From assembly GCA_004431415.1 (NCBI GenBank), contig QPMI01000429.1, forward strand, positions 124,001 to 188,000: 64,000 nucleotides of DNA, given 5' to 3'. A program made the translations under genes and the position numbers. Under the pieces are notes generated by a model. It saw only the letters and a list, made by a program, of their open reading frames with translations, did not search any database and was not told the origin of the DNA. Origin of the DNA: Cyanophora paradoxa CCMP329 (Eukaryota > Plantae > Glaucophyta). Of the stretch, positions 46,442 through 57,291 are shown piece by piece. Each line of letters begins with the position of its first letter. Positions within the stretch are counted from its first letter, which is position 1.

Positions 46442-47308
46442 TTATCTTCTCTTACATTTGATTAACATTTTCTTTTTCTTAGGCGAAATTTGGGAAAGTT
46501 TGGGGATACCTTCAAGCTCACGTTCAAATTTCGATAAAGTTTTACAGACAGTTGTCGAATCTTTGACAGGCGGCGGTTTTGTAGCTTGCTCTTCTTGTTG
46601 TTTGCGCTTCTTTTCTTCAAAAGCCGCCCGCTTGTGGAATTTAGTAAACGGGTGGTCATCGATCATATCGGCTTTTTCGACCCACCATCGCACAGAATAC
46701 CCGGTATTATCGTGAATGATCGCTTGGTAGCTATGACAGAATTCTTGGAACATGCGCTTGAAACTCTCTTTATCCATGTTCCCGAATTCCTCGTGATATG
46801 CTTCAAACTCTCGCATGTTTGACCAGCTTAGGAATATGATATACTCCGCATTGCTGCGAATGATCGTTGACAGCTTTGTTAGTTTCTGCGATATTAAAGC
46901 GACGCTACAAAACGTATGACGACCTTGCGCCATCAATTTATTTAGCAAATGATCGCGCGAAAGATCGATAGTTCCGGACTCCAAACAATCGTCGAGCACG
47001 ATAAGAATATTCTTTGGTTTCTTACCCGCAATGATAGCCTTTTTGCGGGCTTCTATGATCGACTCTACGTATTCCGGTTTCCAGGTATCATGTACTTCGT
47101 CTGTTATTTGACCCCAGAAACCGTTAAAACTCGTAGGACAGAAAACCAGAACATACGAGATCTGGTCTTCGAGTTCTTTGATCAGCCACTTTAAGAATAC
47201 CGATTTACCACAATTGGTTTTCGCCAATAGGAGAAATCGTGCGGGAAGTTTCACCCTTTGTTTCGGGTTCCATTCTTCGAGATCCATGGGCGTCGTCCCT
47301 TTTTGCAT
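46442..47308 (-). CDS. A32/FtsK-HerA family genome-packaging ATPase
   Basis: Walker A LAKTNCGKS, Walker B ILIVLDDC, QGRH, ISQKLTKLSTIIRSNAEY. Start inferred at MQKG. Confidence 0.93.
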   Translation of the reverse strand: MQKGTTPMDLEEWNPKQRVKLPARFLLLAKTNCGKSVFLKWLIKELEDQISYVLVFCPTSFNGFWGQITDEVHDTWKPEYVESIIEARKKAIIAGKKPKNILIVLDDCLESGTIDLSRDHLLNKLMAQGRHTFCSVALISQKLTKLSTIIRSNAEYIIFLSWSNMREFEAYHEEFGNMDKESFKRMFQEFCHSYQAIIHDNTGYSVRWWVEKADMIDDHPFTKFHKRAAFEEKKRKQQEEQATKPPPVKDSTTVCKTLSKFERELEGIPKLSQISPKKKKMLIKCKRR

Positions 47309-47366
47309 TCTTTCACTATAAAAACAATAGAAAAATAAGACTGAATGTGGTAATCTCACGAATTCC

Positions 47367-48680
47367 TTAGCTACTTACTCTGCGAATACCATCAGCTCCG
47401 ATTATCATGATATTATGAGCGAGGGCAATGCACTGAATTTGCATCTTCTGATAAGCGGCACCCGCATACCATTCTGATGAACCTTCGGCTGCCGTTGTGA
47501 CACCGTTGAATTCGAAGACCAGATCGAACGCCGATGTGCCTGTGGCATCGATGTAGCCCGTGTTCTCTTGGTTGAGAAGCGACGCCTTTCCGTTTCCAGC
47601 ACCGAAATAAATGCCAGTGAGAGCGGGGTAGCTTGTGCTCTCGGTAAAGATCGCCGAATTATATTTATCTTGAAGTTCGGTCGCGGCAATCATGAGAGGA
47701 AGCGAAGTATTCGAGTAAAGGCGGTTATTGTTGAGTTCCACATAGAAGCTTACGGCGTTGGTTCTGAGTGCACGAGGAGCCAGAACCGAGAGAGTTCCGT
47801 TGTTAACCTTCGTCTTCGCGTTTTGGCGCACAGAGAATACGAGAGTGTGGATGAGACCCGCACCTGTGAGTTGCGAGAGATTGACTCGCGAACCGGAGGC
47901 GGTCGGCTGGAAATCTGTGTGTAGGAAACCGATTTCGTTGTAGGGGATCGCGATGCCAGTCGATTTAACACGGGCAATGGTCTCAGATACAACCGCCTCA
48001 TCGGCATTTACGACCTTGCAAATAACGCGGGGTTTCAGCACTTGAAGGGAAGCGCCATTGTTGGTAACCGCAATATTGGCAACATTGTTAGTATCCTCAA
48101 TGATACCATCACCAATCGCCTTGAATTCGATTTCGACCACGATCTCAGAGTTCAGAGCGCAAAGTGGGAACATCGCCTTCTCGAAAGGAGAGGGTAAATC
48201 GATTTCGTAGGTTCCACCGACAGTGTTACCAGCGGTTCCGACAAGACCACCCACATAGCGAAGTTTCTTATCGAGTTCGCCCTGTTCGGTCATCAGTAGA
48301 AAATACTGGGTGACGAAATCCTCTGGGACAACGTAGCGGAATGAAGCGTGAGAGATTTCGATGCGCTTAATTAGCGATCCAATAACGCGAAGGTAGCCAG
48401 TAGTTCCAGCGACACCATTCGTGAGATCAGTGAGGGTGATCGGGTTAAGATCGAGTTGCAGCGCGAGACCATTCAGGAAATGGTAGCGGGGGATTTTGAA
48501 GACAACTCGGTTGCCGAGAGCGCTGGGTGGCTCAGTGTCGGGGGCGACCAGAACTCGAAGTGGCTTAGTGCCAGAGGACGTTCCAATGACCAGCGACTTG
48601 TTTAGGAAATAATCCTTGTAGTCGTCGGTGGTGAGCATAGATTTCAGCGTTGGGCGCTGGAATTGGCTGTTAGTCTCCAT
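47367..48680 (-). CDS. Double jelly-roll major capsid protein
   Basis: 437 aa, beta-rich, VVFKIPR, SLIKRIEIS, FPLCALNSEIVVEIEF; sits between the ATPase and penton genes. Confidence 0.85.
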   Translation of the reverse strand: METNSQFQRPTLKSMLTTDDYKDYFLNKSLVIGTSSGTKPLRVLVAPDTEPPSALGNRVVFKIPRYHFLNGLALQLDLNPITLTDLTNGVAGTTGYLRVIGSLIKRIEISHASFRYVVPEDFVTQYFLLMTEQGELDKKLRYVGGLVGTAGNTVGGTYEIDLPSPFEKAMFPLCALNSEIVVEIEFKAIGDGIIEDTNNVANIAVTNNGASLQVLKPRVICKVVNADEAVVSETIARVKSTGIAIPYNEIGFLHTDFQPTASGSRVNLSQLTGAGLIHTLVFSVRQNAKTKVNNGTLSVLAPRALRTNAVSFYVELNNNRLYSNTSLPLMIAATELQDKYNSAIFTESTSYPALTGIYFGAGNGKASLLNQENTGYIDATGTSAFDLVFEFNGVTTAAEGSSEWYAGAAYQKMQIQCIALAHNIMIIGADGIRRVSS

Positions 48681-48727
48681 GAGCGTTTCTTCTCTTATCT
48701 TTGGGTTCAGAAAATAATTTACAGGGC

Positions 48728-49654
48728 TCAGTAGAAATTCATTTCCGGCGGTGCGTCGTAGGTTTCGATTTCAAAAGTGAAATAATGCGCCCAAACCCCG
48801 AAATCTAAGAGAGCGCCGTCATGGTCGATGAGCTTAATCGTGAGGCGGTCGAAAGATTTTAATTCGCGGAACTCGCGAACGAGAGGCACAGTAGTGGACG
48901 TGTCAAAGTGGTAGATATCACCGTGTTCGAGTTCCTGTGGGATTGGAATGCGCATGAAATAACCGTCGACGTGCTTGTTGACTGAGCGAATAAACGGCGC
49001 GAATTCGTCAATATATAGCCAGATCATTGCAGCCGGGGTCTCATCTCCACGAGTATAGCCGCGAATGCGTCGATTGAGTGTCACAGTTCCCGTCCCAGGA
49101 TTAAACACAAGGAATGTATCGCTTGCAAGAGGGGTAAATGTCTCGTAAACATATAGTTGAATATCTTTGAAACCGAATATTGCGAGTTTCTTAGCGATTG
49201 CTTTGCGGTTACTGGATTTTCTGAGTGTTTCAGGGGAAGCTTTGGAGAACTTGAACCAAAAGTTACTATCACTGAAAAACTCATAGATCTTTGAAGTAGT
49301 ATTATAGCGGCATTTAATATATTTTCCACCGAAATCTGAAAGGCGAGCTGCTTCGAGTCTTTCTGTGACTTTTGCGGCAAGGTCGTCTTTGGTGTAAAAT
49401 CCTTTGGGGATTGTGATGGTCACGAATCCAGAATCCGAAGCTGTGACCGAGAAATAGAGTTCCATGCGCTCGATGGTTGCACCAGTGGCGTCTATATCGT
49501 TTGTCACGGTCGAAAGAACATTGGGAACCGTTGCCTGCACCAGGCGCACCGATTTTACGTTGTCATAGCGACGGGGTAATGTCACTACATACTTGTTTGG
49601 CTCTATGAACTCCTCGTCGCGATCATCGCTCGAAAAGCTCAGGTATTCTTTCAT
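48728..49654 (-). CDS. Minor capsid protein (penton) 1
   Basis: SSDDRD..PNKYVVTLPRRYDNVKSVRLVQATVPN; C-terminal DRLTIKLIDHDG.LLDFG..HYFTFEI. Confidence 0.85.
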   Translation of the reverse strand: MKEYLSFSSDDRDEEFIEPNKYVVTLPRRYDNVKSVRLVQATVPNVLSTVTNDIDATGATIERMELYFSVTASDSGFVTITIPKGFYTKDDLAAKVTERLEAARLSDFGGKYIKCRYNTTSKIYEFFSDSNFWFKFSKASPETLRKSSNRKAIAKKLAIFGFKDIQLYVYETFTPLASDTFLVFNPGTGTVTLNRRIRGYTRGDETPAAMIWLYIDEFAPFIRSVNKHVDGYFMRIPIPQELEHGDIYHFDTSTTVPLVREFRELKSFDRLTIKLIDHDGALLDFGVWAHYFTFEIETYDAPPEMNFY

Positions 49655-49670
49655 CTTACTATAATAGATT

Positions 49671-50516
49671 ATGAAAAGAATAACAATAAATTGCGACAGT
49701 AGAGACCTTGAAAATGGCGTGCTGCACTTGAAAACGCGCCTTAATAATGTACGACGATTTCGTGTGCTATCAGCTGAGATTTCTAATAGCTCTTATGTTG
49801 TTCCGCCCGATCAGACAATAACTATAACGCTTCTGAACGAAGAGCCCACAGTAATCCCCGCATCCAAAATGATAGCACCGATTCCCAGCGTAAACGACTA
49901 TTATTACGTCGATGCTGATAACGAACGATATCCGAAAGAGAGAGCTTTAAACAGGGATGCTTTACTCGGTTTTTCAGGCGGTTCTTTTAATCCACTCGGT
50001 CTCTTCCCGGTTTCCTATTCTCTCGCTCTGTCTACCAACCGCTTCGTGTTCTCATCTCCAAATAGCCCTTTTACATTAGAGAGCTCAGACCAGGAGTTCT
50101 GTGATTGTCTCGGCATAGAACCCGGAGTGGTTTACGCCAGCACAACAGAACCAGTGACGGTTCCACTCAGAGATTACCCCAGTCGCTATGCATTTACGTG
50201 CCCGAAAATGGTCGACTTTAATGCGATTCCATATATTTACCTTGATATCGAAGAGCTCCGCCCGTTTACCAAATTCGCAGCGGTTACAGGTAGACAGAAC
50301 AATGTCGACGACTCCTATCTATTGCGAATTCAGATGAATTCGGACTTTGGTAGATATTCCTTTTACCACGAACCGAGCGCAAGCATCCCTTTCGTAAATG
50401 TCACATCGCAACTCGATTTAGATCGTCTCACAATTTCGCTTCGAAAATGGCGGGGCTCTGTTGCGGATATAAACGGTCTCTCATACTCGTTCCAGCTCGA
50501 AGTGATCACGGATTAA
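49671..50516 (+). CDS. Minor capsid protein (penton) 2
   Basis: INCDSRD...LNNVRRFRVLSAEISNS, PYIYLDIEEL, C-terminal DRLTISLRKWRG..DING.SYSFQLEV. Confidence 0.82.
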   Translation: MKRITINCDSRDLENGVLHLKTRLNNVRRFRVLSAEISNSSYVVPPDQTITITLLNEEPTVIPASKMIAPIPSVNDYYYVDADNERYPKERALNRDALLGFSGGSFNPLGLFPVSYSLALSTNRFVFSSPNSPFTLESSDQEFCDCLGIEPGVVYASTTEPVTVPLRDYPSRYAFTCPKMVDFNAIPYIYLDIEELRPFTKFAAVTGRQNNVDDSYLLRIQMNSDFGRYSFYHEPSASIPFVNVTSQLDLDRLTISLRKWRGSVADINGLSYSFQLEVITD

Positions 50517-50522
50517 GCGCTG

Positions 50523-52016
50523 TCACACATAGTAGCCCTCGAAATCAATTCGGCATGCCGAAGCAATATTCGTCGTGAGCACCCAGATTACGAGGGTTCT
50601 CACAGATCTCGGGTTCGCTAAGAAATGTTCGTCGGGCTCCGCACTTCCGGCTATTTGATTTGCATTGGTAAACACTCTCGTCGCGCCGGCTTCTGTGTAT
50701 GTAACAAGCGCAGAAACTCCGGGAGTGAGCTGGTAATCGATCTCAAACGTTTTAATATAGTTGCCATTCGCAGCCGGCTTCATTTTTATTGAGGAAAGCA
50801 TGAACAGACGCGGAAAATCGATGCGTAAATAATTGCCTCCCGACCTACTACCTTGCGGCGGGTTGGTAAATCCCACCCACCCCGTAGCATTCGACCAGCG
50901 GGCATTGGAGGCTGTCCCGAATTCCGCAATAAAAGCGCTATTATCGAGCGGCACCCAGTTGGACTCCGGGGGTGCGCTTACATCTGTGCACCCGGACAGA
51001 TTAATTATGGGAACGTCGCCCTCTGATAAATTCATTGTCAGCACTGAATACATCGCATTAAAATACGTTTGCTGTGCGGAAACAAACGCGAGCGCTTCCG
51101 TTTCCAAATATTGCAGGTGACTGGTCGTGATCGTATCGAGGGTCATTTTGTCTTTCGGTAAAGGCACGCTCAGCTTATAGTAGCGATCGTAATTCTGATC
51201 ATCGTTTCTGGGTAAAAGTTCCAGCAGCTTTACGTGGGCGTTTAGATCGCTCGACTCTAAGAACATGCTGAGAATTGGCGATCCTGTGGCGCTTAGCATC
51301 CATTGCACGATCCCCCAATTTTTCATAGTGTCATACGAATATCCAGATGTCGCCTTATCAGAGTCTTGGACGTGACCCGCCGTAATCGAGACCACTATAA
51401 GCTCCTCCTCGCAAGAGTTTCCGAATAAAGTGCGGGCGAATGTGTAGCCGCAAACCCCGGGCGAATTATTTCCACTCATGCAACCATCAATTAAACAGTA
51501 TGTTCTTCCGGCGACTGTGACTTGTTTCGGCTCGAAATAGGTCGGAGCAGCCGAGGTAGCCCTTGCAGCATCGCGCACAAGCATCCCATTAATGTCTTCA
51601 TCGTTGCTTGAAATAAAAACGGGGGACATTAAGATCGTGTCAAATGCAGTCACGATGGTTGGTTTATAGAGATCCGCCATGGTCGCTGAGCCGCAGAGTT
51701 CCAGAGCCACAGCTTCTAAGTTAGTTGCTTCGTACTTTGGGCGCTGTACAATCGATGTAAGCACTCGTGGATTCGCGAAAATCAGCGGTAGCTTCGCTTT
51801 GTAGAGCGCCAGAATATCAGTAGCAGTATATTTAGGGGCGCCATCGGTTCCCTTGATATTCAATAGGAGCGCGATTAATCCACCTGTGGATGTTCCCGCA
51901 AAGCAGTCGAATAGCTGTTGGATTCGTTTACCTGTTTGTGCTTCAATCTGTGCCAGTATAGCAGCCTCGATTATTCCGCGCGACCCCCCTCCACTCAGAC
52001 ATAAAACGGTCTTCAT
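50523..52016 (-). CDS. Patatin-like phospholipase with C-terminal discoidin (F5/8 type C)-like domain
   Basis: LSGGGSRG, FAGTSTGG, ATSAAPTYF, LIDGC; C-terminal GW...YLRIDF...YIKTFEIDY...CRIDFEG. Confidence 0.9.
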   Translation of the reverse strand: MKTVLCLSGGGSRGIIEAAILAQIEAQTGKRIQQLFDCFAGTSTGGLIALLLNIKGTDGAPKYTATDILALYKAKLPLIFANPRVLTSIVQRPKYEATNLEAVALELCGSATMADLYKPTIVTAFDTILMSPVFISSNDEDINGMLVRDAARATSAAPTYFEPKQVTVAGRTYCLIDGCMSGNNSPGVCGYTFARTLFGNSCEEELIVVSITAGHVQDSDKATSGYSYDTMKNWGIVQWMLSATGSPILSMFLESSDLNAHVKLLELLPRNDDQNYDRYYKLSVPLPKDKMTLDTITTSHLQYLETEALAFVSAQQTYFNAMYSVLTMNLSEGDVPIINLSGCTDVSAPPESNWVPLDNSAFIAEFGTASNARWSNATGWVGFTNPPQGSRSGGNYLRIDFPRLFMLSSIKMKPAANGNYIKTFEIDYQLTPGVSALVTYTEAGATRVFTNANQIAGSAEPDEHFLANPRSVRTLVIWVLTTNIASACRIDFEGYYV

Positions 52017-52058
52017 TATCTTATATACTTCTTATATATCTTCTTTGTTATAAAGAGG

Positions 52059-55000
52059 ATGTCGTTCCTGAATCCGAGACCCGATGCACGAGTAATTAAT
52101 TCGACCACGCAGATAGAGGACACTGACCAGGTAAACACCGAAATTCGTGGTCTATCAGAATAAATTACAATGCAGACCGCGAAGATCCAGTCAGTGGAAC
52201 ACCGAGCAGACCCGCAGCTTTGCAGTTAATGAACGTCGAGAAAGGGGATCATAAACTTGGAATCGACTTTTTACTTGATGATAACGAGCGAAACAGAGCT
52301 GCCAGCATCCAGGCGACTCGTCAGTTACCGAAAACGGTGCGATATAATCGCAGGAACATCCCGAAAGCATTCGATAGAGGTCGCTTAAACTTCTTCATTC
52401 AAGATGAGAGCGGTTTCCAAAATGCAGCTATGAGAATCGTGGATAATAGCACACTTATAGCGGGAGTATCCACACGGAAAACAAAGGTAGAGGTCGTCCA
52501 TGATCTCTCAGCAGGTAATCTAACGACGAGTAATATTACAGCAAGTAACATATCTACAAATACTCTTAACGTAAACTCGCTTAACTCCGAGTCGTTTTTC
52601 GCCACCAATGTCGCAACCTGTAACCTAAACATCGAATCCTTTGTGATTCAGAAGAGCGAATCGGTTCCCCAGATAACAGAGGGTGTTTTCACATTAGACC
52701 CCGCGAAACCGACCTTAGAAATTGTCGAAAATGGGAACGTTGTGGATATAATTGGCGCCAATGCTCCGAATGTGAGATCCTTAGCACTTGATAAAACGAC
52801 TATATCATTTGCAGAGGAGATTCCGGCTTTTACCACAGAGAAACAGGCACTGAGAACAGATCATGTTTACATTACCAGAGACAATATAAACGATCTTTTA
52901 GGCAAGGACATCGTAAAGGCGTTTTTGGAGTTCGAGAGGAGCAAGAACACCAAAGATTCCAGCCAGGATGGAACCCTCACGACCCACACTACTGAAATCG
53001 CGGCTTTGCAATCCGAAATTAATGCTCTGTTTGCAGCAGATGGAGCGCTTGCAATTACCTTAGCCCATATTCTATCGAAAAGGAACATTTACCCCGCGAC
53101 TGATAACACATACCGGGTTGGTTTATCGAATCTGAGATGGTCAGAGGTGCATGGAGTTTCCATGTTTGCCTCCAATTTAATCCTTCCATTTAATCACTCA
53201 CTCCGACCCAATCAGATTCTCACCAGTGATAATGCACTGATCAGCTACACTGACTTTAATAGTAACCTTTCCCGCTCGGTTTCGCGGACTGAGACCTACA
53301 CTGTCGAGGGATACCCTCAGCAGATTGCAAATGGGGTCTTTGTCGCTTATGTAGGCAAACCTACATATACATTCACTTGGGATCAGTTGGGTGTCACAGG
53401 TTTCGAGACGACTATACCCACTGTTTCATTGGTGGATCACACTACTTATTATAATCCTATCACTAACAATAATGAATCGAATAAAGCATTTATTCAAAAT
53501 GTCACCTCCACAGGGTTTCAGGTTTCGTTTGTCATTAACGAGACATACAATTTACTTATCATCCGAAACAACTTATTGACTTCCGAAGCTACTATAAGTT
53601 TCACTCTTACCATCAATTATATCACCCCTGAATTCGATAGCGAACCCAGAGTAAAGGTTTACCGAGATTTACAAGGTAGCAATATCGTGCCCTTCTCACA
53701 GAATTTCGATCTTGGTGCGAATTCTTTAAGGTGGAACACAGTTTATTCTTTGAGTGCAAACACCTGTAATATTGTAGTCGCAGGTTCATCGGCTACTATT
53801 GGAGATCTGACCGCGCCTTTTAGAAAGGAGTATCTTAAAGAGCTGTATATAACAAAGTCTGATTTACCAGATGCTATTTCGTTGGTGCTCTCCCCACTCC
53901 CAGCATATCCTACCACAATGTGAAAGACACAAGTAATGTAGTGCAGAGAGGAAGTAAAGTATTCCAGGCATCCGAGATAGGATCGGTCTCATATAGATAT
54001 CTTGCAGGGGTTCCAGCGAGTTTTAATTTCACATTTGAGTCTCCATTTGTCTCTCCTCCTACCATTGAAATTACAGACCCGAGTCTGTATGTGGTCAATG
54101 ATGGCTCATCTACCTCTCTTCAAAATGCACCAGCTGGCTACTCCCCGTTTGTTGCAACTAACATAACAACCACCGGCTTTACGCTCGTGGGAAATGCAAC
54201 AGTGACATATGCTTTATCAGGGTATCCTATTGGGTTGTATTTTGCGAAATTTAATCTCTCTGTTATCCCAGCAGTTTCCCTTTCTCCTCCCTTCACTGTG
54301 AGTTGGAAGGCAACAGGAACTATTCCGCGATTTGACCCCGAAGACCGATTAAAAATAAGGTATCCTCTCGATGTTACCGACATTCATACTACGAGGATCA
54401 ATGGGCAGAACTTCGTATTTAATGGAACCAATGCTACTCTGATCGATAATCGAGTTACAAATAATTACTTTTTCGATTCTCGATACATTAATACTTGCAA
54501 CATTGTCATACATAAAACGTTTGAGGATCGCAGTAAGACCTTAACAGTCACCTTGCCCACTCATTCGAATGTCTCAGATGGATTTTACTATTATCTGTTA
54601 AATCGCTATTACACCTCTTATATTCCATATCCTTCTGAGACTGTCAGCATGAGCTATCCAAAGTCACCCTAACATCGACCAATGCTGACTTCTTTGGATC
54701 CACAGACTTCATGAGAGACTTCTTTTATTTTACATCCTCCACAGATGGTCTCTTAGTTTATTACTCTTACAAATATGAGTCTATTGCTACCCAAATCGAA
54801 AGCCACCCAAACACTGATGTGATCACAGCAGGCGATAAGAAATATATAAAAACCGCTTCCCCATGGGTTTGCACTGTCCGGCTCGATGACAGATACACTC
54901 CTAACCTAAATAACATTGGATTGCACTCGACATGCAATATTTATGTGCAAGGTGCGATTTCGGCTTCGAAGTACTTTGAGGGTGGGAATTGTGATACAGG

Positions 55001-55769
55001 ACATAGGTTGCTATCGCGAAATGGACTCTTTGAGTCATTCAGTGGGACGGCTCTACCGCCCTTTATCAGGGACACAGTCTATGATACCACATGCAATATT
55101 TGGGTGTGTCGATCTGTGAGCAATCCACCTGTGACACAGGAATTATACAAGTATCTCGCAGATACCTATGGTGCAATCTCAGGATCCTCCACAGGAAATC
55201 CAGCGACGGCTCCAATCGTGTTTGCGAATGCATACACAGCGCCAACCTCATTAGCAGGGTCGACGGAACCGCCCCCAGATTCAGATCCTAACTTGCCTCC
55301 TGATGAGTCAGACCCACAGACCCCACCTACCACTGATCCTACAACACCTAATAATCCCACAAATCCTACTAATCCAGTCGGAGCACCCGGATCTGATCCA
55401 GGAAATTTAGTGCTTATCATTCTCTTGCCGATTCTCGGTGCTCTTGGGCTTGTGCTTGCATACAAATTCCGAGCTCTATGTTGTGCTTGCATAGACAGAA
55501 CCATTGCAGGAGCAGGTAATAAATACTCAACACCAGAGCTTAATGTGACCCAAACAGCCGAAGGAGATGTGGGGTTAGAGGTGAGGTCAGCCGAGGGGCA
55601 TGGTCTTAGTGTTGTGAGAACTGATCAACCACCAGCAAGTAGGGCAGCACCCAAAAAATCACGAGCAGAACGAATGGCTGAATCAATAATGAATGAAAAT
55701 GCAGACTTTATGGCGGAAATTGCACAACGAGAAGGGAGAATATATGAACATGTTCCAAATGTTATGTAA
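52059..55769 (+). CDS. Large fibre/spike-like protein (about 1240 aa after repairing three homopolymer frameshifts) with C-terminal transmembrane helix
   Basis: Phage-fibre motifs IYPATDNTYRVG..LRW and IVPFSQNFDLG..LRW, H-type-lectin-like modules (NVTSTGF, NITTTGF..SWKATG), recurring TCN, P/T/N-rich stalk, LVLIILLPILGALGLVLAY. Joins at ~52142, ~53893 and ~54669. Confidence 0.7.
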
Positions 55770-55807
55770 CAACCTTAATTTTTGTAGTATGCCATAATAG
55801 AGAAATA

Positions 55808-57270
55808 ATGACGGAGCCCATAGTAGAAACGACAATAAAGAATGCTGTCTTGGATAATCAATTTTATATAACCCATGCCAATATACCCAGTGAATCCAAT
55901 GACCTGATAGTAGATCTAAAAGGGTATGTGATGGGAGCTATGGCTTCCAACCTGTGGAATGACATTTTTGGTTACGAGTTTGGTCACATATATGACATAG
56001 CAAATGGGATTGGTTATGTGGATGCAATGGCAGGAACAGCCTTTCGAAATCTAAATTGCAACTGTGTGGGTGGGTGGATGTTTCAGATCTGTTCAAATGT
56101 CGATCCTACTATTGATCCCGCCACGATAACCTTTGATTGCAATCTGTTTGCCCCCAAAACCATTTTCTCCATCACTTGCAATCTCGTTAATTCGGATGTG
56201 CCCATAGTAGCACCTGTAATAGGTGCATCAAATATGTATATCCAAAGAAATCCGGTCGTGCATACAGGCGCCGAATTTATATTAGGCGACAACACCCCAA
56301 TTAGTCGACTCGAATTGCCCACGAATTTCACCTTTAATCTCGTGGATGAGTTCCCTAACAGTCAAAGTCTCATGTATTTCACCTCTGAAAATCGCCTTTC
56401 GGGTGCATTCTCGCCCATCGAGCTCTCTATACCGAAGCAAAAGGTGAGCTATAAAGAGCTTACAGATGTGCCGGCGGGTTTTAGTGGGAAGTGGAGTGAT
56501 ATCATTCAGAAGCCGACTTGGAGTAGTGTAGCATACACAGGAAATTACTATGATTTAGTAGGAACTCCCGATTTCACAAGCTATATACCTCGTTGGATCG
56601 ATCAAGGTGTAATTATATCAGAATCTACACTCCCTTTCAATGGGACATGGGATAGGTTATTTACTAAGCCGAATTTGCATGCTGTTGCCACAAGTGGTGA
56701 TTACAACGATTTAACTAACACCCCTATTGCACCGACCTTGCATGCTGTGGCTACAAGTGGGAGCTATACAGATTTAGTTAATACACCAAACTTGCATGCT
56801 GTGGCTACAAGCGGGAACTATGACGATTTAATTAACACACCCACTTCGCCACCTACTCACAATCACAGCATCGAGTTGCTCACGAATTTCGGTAGTTATG
56901 TGAATCCAAATGCATATGTGCAACAAGGGACAATGGATGTAGTAATTCCTGCCGGAGTCTATTACAAAGGGGATTTTACCACAGTATCGGGAACCGTTAC
57001 ATTCTCAACCCCATTTTTTAGTGATCCTGTAATTACTGCTACTCTCGAAAACAGTATTATTTTAACAAGTGTCGATTTCACCAATAGCATATATCTCTCT
57101 GCTGAATATCAGTTCGGAAATCGCATTGGTTCAAAAATAAATTCACTTGGATTGCGATATTCACTTGTTACTCGGACATCAATTATAACAGTGTGATCCA
57201 AAGCAATCGCACTCTTAAACTCCATTGGATTGCTGTCGGACCTCTCCAAAACAATAATATTCTCACTTAA
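55808..57270 (+). CDS. Fibre protein with three phage-type VATSGxYxDLxNTP repeats; one frameshift near the 3' end
   Basis: LHAVATSGDYNDLTNTP, LHAVATSGSYTDLVNTP, LHAVATSGNYDDLINTP; terminal module VTFSTPFFSDPVI...LHWIAVGP in a shifted frame after ~57175. Confidence 0.78.
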
Positions 57271-57291
57271 TAAGTAAAGAACAATCAAAAG

